From: Macrostomum lignano
Taxonomy: Eukaryota
DNA length: 64,000 nucleotides
Assembly (NCBI GenBank): GCA_002269645.1
Contig: NIVC01000317.1
Span: 372,001 to 436,000, forward strand
Direction of reading: 5' to 3'
A program made the translations under genes and the position numbers. Numbering within the stretch: the stretch's first letter is position 1; the number at the start of each line of letters is the position of its first letter. The notes beneath the pieces are model-generated. The model had not been told where the DNA came from. It saw nothing but the letters and a program-made list of their open reading frames with translations, and made no database searches. Positions 40,293 through 61,400 of the stretch are shown one piece after another.

Positions 40293-41623
40293 TCAGCCCA
40301 TTCTGAAATTCAATGGTTCATTTATCATATTACTGCCAGTAGGGTGCAACAAATATGTTGAAAATAAGTTTTAAGCTCTACTATTGGAACCTGATTCGTT
40401 CTCGGAGAAATCTGTATCTTGCGTACGACTGCCTGAGCAACTCCATCAGCCGCTCAGCTTCTGACTGCCCTCTGCGACCGCGGCTAAACAGCTCGCTGAA
40501 ATGAAAAGGTGTGAGCAGGTCTCAGGTGTGAGAGTGAGCAGGTCTCAGGTGTGAGAGTGAGCAGGTCTCAGGTGTGAGAGTGAGCAGGTCTCAGGTGTGA
40601 GAGTGAGCAGGTCTCAGGTGTGAGAGTGAGCAGGTCTCAGGTGTGAGAGTGAGCAGGTCTCAGGTGTGAGAGTGAGCAGGTCTCAGGTGTGAGAGTGAGC
40701 AGGTCTCAGGTGTGAGAGTGAGCAGGTCTCAGGTGTGAGAGTGAGCAGGTCTCAGGTGTGAGAGTGAGCAGGTCTCAGGTGTGAGAGTGAGCAGGTCTCA
40801 GGTGTGAGAGTGAGCAGGTCTCAGGTGTGAGAGTGAGCAGGTATCAGGTGTGGGAGTGAGCAGGTCTCAGGTGTGAGAGTGAGCAGGTCTCAGGTGTGAG
40901 AGTGAGCAGGTCTCAGGTGTGAGAGTGAGCAGGTCTCAGGTGTGAGAGTGAGCAGGTCTCAGGTGTGAGAGTGAGCAGGTCTCAGGTATGAGAGTGAGCA
41001 GGTCTCAGGTGTGGGAGTGAGCAGGTATCAGGTGTGGGAGTGAGCAGGTCTCAGGTGTGAGAGTGAGCAGGTCTCAGGTGTGAGAGTGAGCAGGTCTCAG
41101 GTGTGAGAGTGAGCAGGTCTCAGGTGTGAGAGTGAGCAGGTCTCAGGTGTGAGAGTGAGCAGGTATCAGGTGTGAGAGTGAGCAGGTCTCAGATGTGAGA
41201 GTGAGCAGGTCTCAAGTGTGAGAGTGAGCAGGTATCAGGTGTGAGAGTGAGTAGGTCTCAGGTGTGAGAGTGAGCAGGTCTCAGGTGTGAGAGTGAGCAA
41301 GTCTCAAGTGTGAGAGTGAGCAGGTCTCAAGTGTGAGAGTGAGCAGGTCTCAAGTGTGAGAGTGAGCAGGTCTCAAGTGTCAGAGTGAGCACGCCTCAGG
41401 TTTGAGAGTTGGAGCGACTATTTTAGCACTGTTTGAATGAGCCATTAATTTACCCAGTTGCCATGGCAACGCCGCTGTCCCTGAGCGACATCGCACGAGC
41501 CATCCCAGCTGCCGGTTCCGCCCTGAACGCCAGCTGGGGTGCCGGCTGGCCCAGCAGCAGCAGCCACAGCAGCAGACGCAGCGGAAGCAGAGCCCCATTG
41601 AATCGGTGACCAGAGCGGGCCAT
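40293..41623 (-). CDS. NPY/NPF-related neuropeptide precursor 4 (94 aa, ends FLRERIRM-G*)
   Basis: Exons 41623-41454, 40495-40391, 40302-40293 (285 nt, phases 2 and 2). Hydrophobic leader MARSGHRFNGALLPLRLLLWLLLLGQPAPQLA; dibasic RR then GQSEAERLMELLRQSYARYRFLRERI AG|gttcca...tttcag|A ATG GGC TGA gives R-M-G-stop. Last donor is non-consensus beyond GT. Confidence 0.78.
40508..41385. repeat. 23-bp minisatellite in intron 1 of precursor 4
   Basis: Tandem GTGAGCAGGTCTCAGGTGTGAGA. Confidence 0.97.
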
Positions 41624-41927
41624 GCTGGAACTGAAGCAGATTCGGGTTTTGTTATTCGGGTTGCATGTAATTTCAGTTTTACAGTCTTTGCTTATGAAAT
41701 GAAAATTAAAACACTTAAATTTGCTTTTTTGAAGCAAGTGTAGCTGTGAGATCAGCAGTGTCCTCTTGTTTTATATTTTCATTAATTCATCAGCAGCGTT
41801 CTACCACATCGAGTTTGTTGCAATTTGGGATTTCTGTAATAGCAGGAAGTTGCAATCAGTGGTCGATCTCGAGTACAAAGGCTTCCCTGGCTGCACTGGG
41901 TTCCTTCCGGCTTGCTTGGCTCCATCT

Positions 41928-43178
41928 TCAGCCCATGCTGCAATGAGGATCAGGGATATTGATTGACAACTGTGACCCCCGACTTTCCTGTTGGCTTGTC
42001 CGGTTTAATCATCACCTGTTTACTGTGTGAGCACTTTCCTGTCTGCAGTGTAAACACCCTCTGTCTACAGTGTAAACACCCCTGTCTACAGTGTAAACAT
42101 CCCTGTCTACAGTGTAAACACCCTGTCTACAGTGTAAACACCCCTGTCTACAGTGTAAACATCCCTGTCTACAGTGTAAACACCCCCTGTCTACAGTGTA
42201 AACACCCCTGTCTACAGTTTAAACACCCCTGTCTACAGTTTAAACACCTTTATCTACAGTGTAAACATCCCTGTCTACAGTGTAAACACCCCTGTCTACA
42301 GTTTAAACACCCTCTGTCTACAGTGTAAACACCCCTGTCTACAGTGTAAACACCCCCTGTCTACAGTGTAAACACCCCTGTCTACAGTTTAAACACCCCT
42401 GTCTACAGTTTAAACACCTTTGTCTACAGTGTAAACATCCCTGTCTACAGTGTAAACATCCCTGTCTACAGTGTAAACACCCCCTGTCTACAGTGTAAAC
42501 ACCCCTGTCTACAGTTTAAACACCTCTGTCTACAGTGTAAACGCCCCTGTCTACAGTGTAAACACCTCATGTTTACAGTTTAAACACTCCTGTTTAAAGT
42601 GTAAACACCGCAGCGGCTCTCACCGAATCCGCTGGGTCAAGAAGTCATTCTTGGCTTTGAAGTCGGCCAGCTTGGCCAGCAGACGGGCCGCATTGAAGTC
42701 ATTCGAGCCGCTGCGCTTCCATTCGGCCACGCTGTTTTTATTTTAAAATACATAAACTCTCATTAGACTACTATAACTGAGTAGTGCAAAACAAATTACG
42801 CTCTTAAACATCAGTTTCTAAAAGACAAAAAATGAAACTGAAAACTCAAACTGAAACAAAACCCCATGATTTCTATAATTTGAAGGTTTTGGGCAGCCCC
42901 AGTCGCTAGGCATCATGAAATGGGCTGGCTCAGAAGTACTAAAAATGACCAAAAATCGCTGAACCCCGCCTCAAAGGCCGAAGACAGAGCAGGACTCACT
43001 TGAAATTCGCCTGCTCGGCGGGATGGTAGGAGCCGTTGGGCACCGCCAGGTCGGCCTCGGAAGGCGCATAGCGATAGGCCGCGTCGCGAGGCCGCGAGGG
43101 CGCCGCCTGAGCCAGCTGGAGGCTCAGCAGCAGCAGCAGCACCAGCGGCGCAGCTTTGCAGGTTCCTTTGACGGGCAT
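41928..43178 (-). CDS. NPY/NPF-related neuropeptide precursor 3 (98 aa, ends FLTQRIRM-G*)
   Basis: Exons 43178-43000, 42731-42624, 41937-41928 (297 nt, phases 2 and 2). Signal MPVKGTCKAAPLVLLLLLSLQLAQA; KR then SGSNDFNAARLLAKLADFKAKNDFLTQRI CG|gtgaga...cattgcag|C ATG GGC TGA gives R-M-G-stop. Probable 5' UTR intron from donor 44389 (aag|gtaagg) to acceptor 43208. Confidence 0.85.
42045..42610. repeat. ~21-bp minisatellite in intron 2 of precursor 3
   Basis: Tandem ACAGTGTAAACACCCCTGTCT variants. Confidence 0.93.
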
Positions 43179-43329
43179 CTTGTTGCTTTTTTAGTTTCTT
43201 GACTTGTCTGCGAAATAGACCAGTTTGTGCAGGGGCTTCAACTCCACTGGGTGGGCCTTCTGAGGGACAAGAGAGGGAGGGACAAGAGACCAGGACAAGG
43301 ACAAGGACAAGGACAAGGGACAAGAGGAG

Positions 43330-44240
43330 GGACTCCCTCTCTTGTCCCTCCCTCTCTTGTCCCTCACTCTCTTGTCCTCCTCTCTTGTCCCTCCCTCTCT
43401 TGTCCCTCACTCTCTTGTCCCTCCCTCTCTTGTCCCTCCCTCTCTTGTCCCTCCTCTCTTGTCCCTCCCTCTCTTGTCCCTCCCTCTCTTGTCCCTCCCT
43501 CTCTTGTCCCTCCCTCTCTTGTCCCTCTCTCTTGTCCCTCCCTCTCTTGTCCCTCTCTCTTGTCCCTCCCTCTCTTGTCCCTCCCTCTCTTGTCCCTCCC
43601 TCTCTTGTCCCTCTCTCTTGTCCCTCCCTCTCTTGTCCCTCACTCTCTTGTCCCTCCCTCTCTTGTCCCTCCTCTCTTGTCCCTCCTCTCTTGTCCCTCC
43701 CTCTCTTGTCCCTCCCTCTCTTGTCCCTCCCTCTCTTGTCCCTCCCTCTCTTGTCCCTCCCTCTCTTGTCCCTCCCTCTCTTGTCCCTCCCTCTCTTGTC
43801 CCTCCCTCTCTTGTCCCTCTCTCTTGTCCCTCCCTCTCTTGTCCCTCCCTCTCTTGTCCCTCCCTCTCTTGTCCCTCCCTCTCTTGTCCCTCACTCTCTT
43901 GTCCCTCCCTCTCTTGTCCCTCCCTCTCTTGTCCCTCCTCTCTTGTCCCTCCCTCTCTTGTCCCTCCCTCTCTTGTCCCTCCCTCTCTTGTCCCTCCCTC
44001 TCTTGTCCCTCCCTCTCTTGTCCCTCTCTCTTGTCCCTCCCTCTCTTGTCCCTCTCTCTTGTCCCTCCCTCTCTTGTCCCTCCCTCTCTTGTCCCTCCCT
44101 CTCTTGTCCCTCTCTCTTGTCCCTCACTCTCTTGTCCCTCACTCTCTTGTCCCTCCCTCTCTTGTCCCTCCCTCTCTTGTCCCTCCTCTCTTGTCCCTCC
44201 CTCTCTTGTCCCTCCCTCTCTTGTCCCTCCCTCTCTTGTC
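43330..44240. repeat. ~15-bp pyrimidine-rich minisatellite
   Basis: Tandem CTCTTGTCCCTCCCT variants; source of several spurious ORFs. Confidence 0.95.
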
Positions 44241-44529
44241 CGACTGAGAGATGGAGCTCAGTCGGACCTTCTGAGCTAAGCTTCGGTAGCAAACGAATTA
44301 ATCTTCAGATCCAGTTTCTTAGCGCCGCATGGCTTGCCCGCAGAGGTTCCCATTATGTTATTCTACTGAAAATGTTCGGCCAGCCTTACCTTTAAGCTGA
44401 TATGCAGAAGGTTCTGTTTCAACAGAGAATTTGAGTTTTTTCTTGTCTGAAAAACTGTTGAAGGCGAAGACAGATCTCGGAGTTGGGCGAGAATTTATCC
44501 AGAAACGAGTGGAGAATCTGGGAGCGGCT

Positions 44530-44545
44530 CAGTTGGCCAATCACA
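44530..44545. promoter_or_regulatory. Possible CCAAT box upstream of precursor 3
   Basis: TTGGCCAATCA about 150 bp upstream (minus sense) of the putative UTR-exon donor at 44389; function inferred only. Confidence 0.3.
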
Positions 44546-44644
44546 GATCAGAGACCAAATAAGACTCTGGCTTTCGGGTGATGATGATTTTGTTTCTGAC
44601 TGAGGAACGAAGACTGAGAAGGAGAAAGAGGGGGGAGAGGGGGA

Positions 44645-45030
44645 GCGAGAGGGAGAGCGAGAGAGAGAGAGCGAGAGAGAGAGAGCGAGAGAGAGAGAGC
44701 GAGAGAGAGAGAGAGCGAGAGAGAGAGCGAGAGAGAGAGCAAGAGAGAGAGAGAGAGCGAGAGAGAGAGAGAGAGCGAGAGAGAGAGCGAGAGAGAGAGC
44801 GAGAGAGAGCGCGAGAGAGAGCGAGAGAAAGAGAGCGAGAGAGAGAGCGAGAGAGAGAGCGAGAGAGAGAGCGAGAGAGAGAGCGAGAGAAAGAGAGCGA
44901 GAGAGAGAGCGAGAGAGAGAGCGAGAGAGAGAGCGAGAGAGAGAGCGAGAGAGAGAGCGAGAGAGAGAGCGAGAAGGAGAGAGAACGCGAGAGAGTGGGG
45001 GAAAGAGAGAGAGAGCGAGAGCGAGAGAAG
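44645..45030. repeat. (GA)n / (GAGAGAGAGAGC)n microsatellite
   Basis: Direct observation. Confidence 0.95.
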
Positions 45031-45599
45031 TCACTGCGTGTCGAGTTATTGTAATTATTTGTCGACCGGTTTCAACCCCCGAGGCTCTTCGTCAAGTCAG
45101 AAGAGGGAAGAGATCCCTTCCCAATCAGTTTGGGTGATGACAGGAGCTCCACGCGAGTCGCACAGCGGTTGTCAAACTCCGACAGCATCCGGCACAGCAC
45201 CGACCTCAGCCGGTCTCGGTTTGTCAGCTTAATTGGGCTTAGGAAAGAGTAGAAGAAAGGAAAATACAAGACAGACAGACGGACAGAGAAGGGTACAGAG
45301 AAGTGCAGAGCTTCATTTTATGTTTTTCTGTTTTGTCTGAACGGAGAATCGAAAGATGAAAACAAAATAATTCGAGGCCTTTCATTCCGCGTGGCTTGCA
45401 AAGAGTGACAAGATAATCTGTGATTGTGATTTAGGTCTCAAGTTCAGTGACTTTAATCTAGCGGGGGGCGGGTGACCCCTGATGCACCTGCTTTTGTTGA
45501 CGTCTTTCACTGTGTTGATTCAGCGTGGGCGGCTGAGGCCGAGTCAGTTTCTGTTTAGGAAAATTAGGGCTCATTTTCAGGTCGACTCACCCAATTGAC

Positions 45600-46130
45600 T
45601 CATCCAATCGGTGAGTCGACAAGTTGGTGATTCGACCGTCGATGCTAAGTTGGTGAATCGGTGCGTCGATAAGTTAGTGAATCGACAAGTCGATGCTAAG
45701 TTGGTGAATCGGTGAGTCGATAAGTTGGTGAATCGGTGAGTCAGTGAAGAGTTGGTGAATCGGTGAGTCAGTGATGAGTTGGTGAATCGGTGAGTCAGTG
45801 ATGAGTTGGTGAATCGGTGAGTCAGTGAAGAGTTAGTTAATCGGTGAGTCAGTGAAGAGTTGGTGAATCGGTGAGTCAGTGATGAGTTGGTGAGTCGGTG
45901 AGTCAGTGAAGAGTTGGTGAATCGGAGAGTCAGTGATGAGTTGGTGAATCGGTGAGTCAGTGATGAGTTGGTGAATCGGTGAGTCAGTGAAGAGTTAGTG
46001 AATCGGTGAGTCAGTGAAGAGTTGGTGAATCGGAGAGTCGATAAGTTGGTGAATCGGTGAGTCAGTGATGAGTTGGTGAGTCGGTGAGTCAGTGAAGAGT
46101 TGGTGAATCGGAGAGTCGATACTGAATTAG
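45600..46130. repeat. 27-bp minisatellite
   Basis: Tandem GAGTCAGTGA(A/T)GAGTTGGTGAATCGGT. Confidence 0.92.
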
Positions 46131-46569
46131 TGAAAGCAATGGGATCCATTATTTGAAATCCAGCAGTCAGGGAGAGATGCCCCGTCTGTAATCTTGAATT
46201 TTAGATTTTCCAGAATCCAAAATTGAGCACATCAGTGAAATGCAAATCACTGGAATTGAAAATTCCGATTCGAACCCGCGTCCCTCAGCCAGCATGTTCG
46301 GCTGGTGGGAGTCAGGGCTTGCATCCGAAATTAGGAGAGGGGGGTTAACGGACCAGACCGAGTTCACGCGTGCCGCCGCATCTTAAGAGACTCCGTCGTG
46401 TCTCATCGAATATTCCCCCCCCCCTGCCGATTTAATATTCGATTTACCTTTGTTCCCAAAATTGGGATCTTGTCGGGACTTGAATCTCCAATTGCTTGCG
46501 GGAGAGATGCGACTGGAATTAATGCGGGGAGGAATTGCTGTTCGGTTTCACAGGGCTCACTGAGACTCA

Positions 46570-47229
46570 TTGAGTGAGTGAATGAGTGAGTGAGTGAGTG
46601 AGTGAGTGAGTGAGTGTGTGAGTGAGTGAGTGTCTGAGTGAGTGAGTGAGTGAGTGAGTGAGTGAGTGAGTGAGTGAGTGAGTGAGTGAGTGAGTGAGTG
46701 AGTGAGTGAGTGAGTGAGTGAGTGAGTGAGTGAGTGAGTGAGTGAGTGAGTGAGTGAGTGAGTGAGTGAGTGAGTGAGTGAGTGAGTGAGTGAGTGAGTG
46801 AGTGAGTGAGTGAGTGAGTGAGTGAGTGAGTGAGTGAGTGAGTGAGTGAGTGAGTGAGTGAGTGAGTGAGTGAGTGAGTGAGTGAGTGAGTGAGTGAGTG
46901 AGTGAGTGAGTGAGTGAGTGAGTGAGTGAGTGAGTGAGTGAGTGAGTGAGTGAGTGAGTGAGTGAGTGAGTGAGTGAGTGAGTGAGTGAGTGAGTGAGTG
47001 AGTGAGTGAGTGAGTGAGTGAGTGAGTGAGTGAGTGAGTGAGTGAGTGAGTGAGTGAGTGAGTGAGTGAGTGAGTGAGTGAGTGAGTGAGTGAGTGAGTG
47101 AGTGAGTGAGTGAGTGAGTGAGTGAGTGAGTGAGTGAGTGAGTGAGTGAGTGAGTGAGTGAGTGAGTGAGTGAGTGAGTGAGTGAGTGAGTGAGTGAGTG
47201 AGTGAGTGAGTGAGTGAGTGAGTGAGTGA
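46570..47229. repeat. (GAGT)n microsatellite
   Basis: Direct observation. Confidence 0.98.
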
Positions 47230-48029
47230 AATTTAGTCATGCCAAATCATAGGAAGCCGCACAAAAGTAAGTTAAATGCCTGAGCAGACAGAGTAAATGA
47301 ATTACTGATGCATGAGTTGCATGTATACCATGAGGTCTATATTGCTTTATTCACAAGTCTGTCAGTGCAAGCTGTCTATTTTACTGAAATAAACAAAGAT
47401 AATTCGCTTACATATTCTCAGAATTTGCAACAAAATTGCAGTGCATATCAAAGAAAATCTGTGAGAAGCTCAGGACTTTGAATAAATTATTATTGTTATA
47501 GAGGTACTGCGCTCGTTCACAAAAGTAGTCAGTAGTGAGGGGCATTATTCACATTAGTTATTTACAGTTCTTTGTGGTGGTACAGTTTTACAATGGCAAT
47601 CCAACAGACTTCGACCATTGCTAATATTTTAGTTAATAAAAATACTTACACTCAATAAGGTGTATATCACCGATTCGTAATCAGGCCAGCATTATCCTAG
47701 GGACGGGGCAAGCGGCGGTTAAGCAAGCAGATCGAATGAATCCGAGGCAGAGAAAAAAACTGCTTTAAAAGCGCCAACTACGAATGTTTACAGCAGCAAA
47801 CCTGTGCATTGTTTTTACTGCGTCTACTGACAAGTAGGATGAAAGCGCATGAACTGATAAACTATAAAAATCTCGTTGATTGCGGCAGGAAGAAGTAAAA
47901 TCGACAAGCTGGCGAAGTGGGCGGCATCAAAATTGGAAAGGTTTTTACTAAGATTAAATATTGAGCGCCTTGAACTTCTAAGGAAATTCTTTGACTCTAC
48001 CATGCCACTGATTTAAGGTTAGGAAAGCT

Positions 48030-48420
48030 CTTAGCCGCCAATTCAATTTAGCATCCACCTCACGCCACGACACCCACCCCAACCCCGTAGGCCAGCCGCC
48101 AATTCAATTTAGCACACACCCACTCCAACCCCGTAGGCCAGCCGCCGATTCCGTATAGCACCCACCTCACGCCACGGCACCCACTCCAACCCCGTAGGCC
48201 AGCCGCCAATTCAATTTAGCACCCACCCACTCCAACCCCGTAGGCCAGCCGCCAATTCAATTTAGCACCCACCCACTCCAACCCCGTAGGCCAGCCGCCA
48301 ATTCAATTTAGCACCCACCCACTCCAACCCCGTAGGCCAGCCGCCAATTCCGTTTAGCACCCACCTCACACACCGACACCCACCTCGACATTGTAGGCCA
48401 GTCACCAATTTAATTTAACA
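48030..48420. repeat. ~45-bp minisatellite
   Basis: Tandem CAACCCCGTAGGCCAGCCGCCAATTCAATTTAGCACCCACCCACTC variants. Confidence 0.88.
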
Positions 48421-48552
48421 CCCACCTCACACCCTGACACTCATTGACCTCCGCTCCTTAATTCAGTCATCAGTCTATAATACTTTTAAAAGTTCTTGAA
48501 ACTACCAGCCGCTCAAAATTCAACCTCAGTATCAATATTTCCACGCGGCGGC

Positions 48553-58408
<9,856 letters not shown>

Positions 58409-58499
58409 CTGATTAAGATCTGCTGATTGGGATCTGCTGATTGGGATCTGCTGATTGGGATCTGCTGATTGGGATCTGCTGATTGGGATCTAGTTCTAA

Positions 58500-61400
58500 T
58501 CCTGACTCTTCGTGACTTTTCCTGACTCTTCCTGACTCTTCCTGACTCTTCCTGACTCTTCCTGACTCTTCCTGACTCTTCCTGACTCTTCCAGTCTCTT
58601 CCTGACTCTTCCTGACTCTTCCTGACTCTTCCTGACTCTTCCAGTCTCTTCCTGACTCTTCCAGTCTCTTCCTGACTCTTCCAGTCTCTTTCTGACTCTT
58701 CCAGTCTCTTCCTGACTCTTCCTGACTCTTCCTGACTCTTCCTGACTCTTCCTGACTCTTCCAGTCTCTTCCTGACTCTTCCAGTCTCTTCCTGACTCTT
58801 CCAGTCTCTTTCTGACTCTTTCAGTCTCTTCCTGACTCTTCCTGACTCTTCCTGACTCTTCCAGTCTCTTCCTGACTCTTCCTGACTCTTCCTGACTCTT
58901 CCTGACTCTTCCAGTCTCTTCCTGACTCTTCCTGACTCTTCCTGAATCTTCCTGACTCTTCCTGACTCCTCCTGACTCTTCCTGACTCCTCCTGACTCTT
59001 CCTGACTCTTCCTGACTCTTCCTGACTCTTCCTGACTCTTCCTGACTCTTCCAGTCTCTTCCAGTCTCTTCCTGACTCTTCCTGACTCTTCCAGTCTCTT
59101 CCTGACTCTTCCTGACTCTTCCAGTCTCTTCCTGACTCTTCCTGACTCTTCCTGAATCTTCCTGACTCTTCCTGACTCTTCCTGACTCTTCCTGACTCTT
59201 CCTGACTCTTCCTGACTCTTCCAGTCTCTTCCTGACTCTTCCTGACTCTTCCAGTCTCCTCCTGACTCTTCCTGACTCTTCCTGACTCTTCCTGACTCTT
59301 CTCTGACTCTTCCTGGCTCTTCCTGACTCTTCCTGACTCTTCCTGACTCTTCCTGACTCCTCCTGACTCTTCCTGACTCTTCCTGACTCTTCCTGACTCC
59401 TCCTGACTCTTCCTGACTCCTCCTGACTCTTCCTGACTCTTCCTGACTCTTCCTGACTCTTCCTGACTCTTCCTGACTCTTCCAGTCTCTTCCAGTCTCT
59501 TCCTGACTCTTCCTGACTCTTCCAGTCTCTTCCTGACTCTTCCTGACTCTTCCTGAATCTTCCTGACTCTTCCTGACTCTTCCTGACTCTTCCTGACTCT
59601 TCCTGACTCTTCCTGACTCTTCCAGTCTCTTCCTGACTCTTCCTGACTCTTCCAGTCTCCTCCTGACTCTTCCTGACTCTTCCTGACTCTTCCTGACTCT
59701 TCTCTGACTCTTCCTGGCTCTTCCTGACTCTTCCTGACTCTTCCTGACTCTTCCTGACTCCTCCTGACTCTTCCTGACTCTTCCTGACTCTTCTCTGACT
59801 CTTCCTGACTCTTCCTGACTCTTCCAGTCTCCTCCTGACTCTTCCTGACTCTTCCTGACTCTTCCTGACTCTTCTCTGACTCTTCCTGACTCTTTCTGAC
59901 TCTTCTCTGACTCTTCCTGACTCTTCCTGACTCTTCCTGACTCTTCCTGACTCCTCCTGACTCTTCCTGACTCTTCCTGACTCTTCTCTGACTCTACATG
60001 ACTCTTCCTGACTCTTCCAGTCTCCTCCTGACTCTTCCTGACTCTTCCTGACTCTTCCTGACTCTTCTCTGACTCTTCCTGACTCTTCCTGACTCTTCTC
60101 TGACTCTTCCTGACTCTTCCTGACTCTTCCTGACTCTTCCAGTCTCTTCCTGACTCTTCCTGACTCTTCCTGACTCTTCCTGACTCTTCCAGTCTCTTCC
60201 TGACTCTTCCAGTCTCTTCCTGACTCTTCCAGTCTCTTCCTGACTCTTCCAGTCTCTTTCTGACTCTTCCAGTCTCTTCCTGACTCTTCCTGACTCTTCC
60301 TGACTCTTCCTGACTCTTCCTGACTCTTCCAGTCTCTTCCTGACTCTTCCAGTCTCTTCCTGACTCTTCCAGTCTCTTTCTGACTCTTTCAGTCTCTTCC
60401 TGACTCTTCCTGACTCTTCCTGACTCTTCCTGACTCTTCCTGACTCTTCCTGACTCTTCCTGACTCTTCCTGACTCTTCCAGTCTCTTCCTGACTCTTCC
60501 AGTCTCTTCCTGACTCTTCCAGTCTCTTTCTGACTCTTCCTGACTCTTCCAGTCTCTTCCTGACTCTTCCTGACTCTTCCAGTCTCTTCCTGACTCTTCC
60601 TGACTCTTCCTGAATCTTCCTGACTCTTCCTGACTCTTCCTGACTCTTCCTGACTCTTCCTGACTCTTCCTGACTCTTCCAGTCTCTTCCTGACTCTTCC
60701 TGACTCTTCCAGTCTCCTCCTGACTCTTCCTGACTCTTCCTGACTCTTCCTGACTCTTCTCTGACTCTTCCTGGCTCTTCCTGACTCTTCCTGACTCTTC
60801 CTGACTCTTCCTGACTCCTCCTGACTCTTCCTGACTCTTCCTGACTCTTCCTGACTCCTCCTGACTCTTCCTGACTCCTCCTGACTCTTCCTGACTCTTC
60901 CTGACTCTTCCTGACTCTTCCAGTCTCTTCCTGACTCTTCCTGACTCTTCCTGACTCTTCCAGTCTCTTCCTGACTCTTCCTGACTCTTCCTGACTCTTC
61001 CAGTCTCTTCCTGACTCTTCCTGACTCTTCCTGACTCTTCCTGACTCTTCCTGACTCTACCTGACTCTTCCTGACTCTACCTGACTCTTCCTGACTCTTC
61101 CTGACTCTTCCTGACTCCTCCTGACTCTTCCTGACTCTTCCTGACTCTTCTCTGACTCTACATGACTCTTCCTGACTCTTCCAGTCTCCTCCTGACTCTT
61201 CCTGACTCTTCTCTGACTCTTCCTGACTCTTCTCTGACTCTTCCTGACTCTTCCAGTCTCTTCCTGACTCTTCCTGACTCTTCCTGACTCCTCCTGACTC
61301 TTCCTGACTCTTCCTGACTCTTCCTGACTCTTCCTGACTCTTCCTGACTCTTCCAGTCTCCTCCTGACTCTTCCTGACTGTTCGTGACTCTTCCTGACTC

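Noticed and set aside
43199-44395. Long LSCPS/REGQE ORFs on both strands
   Set aside because: 15-bp minisatellite, probably within the 5' UTR intron of precursor 3.
45072-45269. 65-aa minus-strand ORF with a possible acceptor (…LTNRDRLRSVLCRMLSEF…)
   Set aside because: No partner exon, signal peptide, amidation site or recognisable domain found; checked as a possible fifth neuropeptide gene and unsupported.
46262-46320. B-box-like GGTTCGAATC on the minus strand (possible tRNA or SINE)
   Set aside because: No cloverleaf or convincing A-box; at most a SINE remnant.
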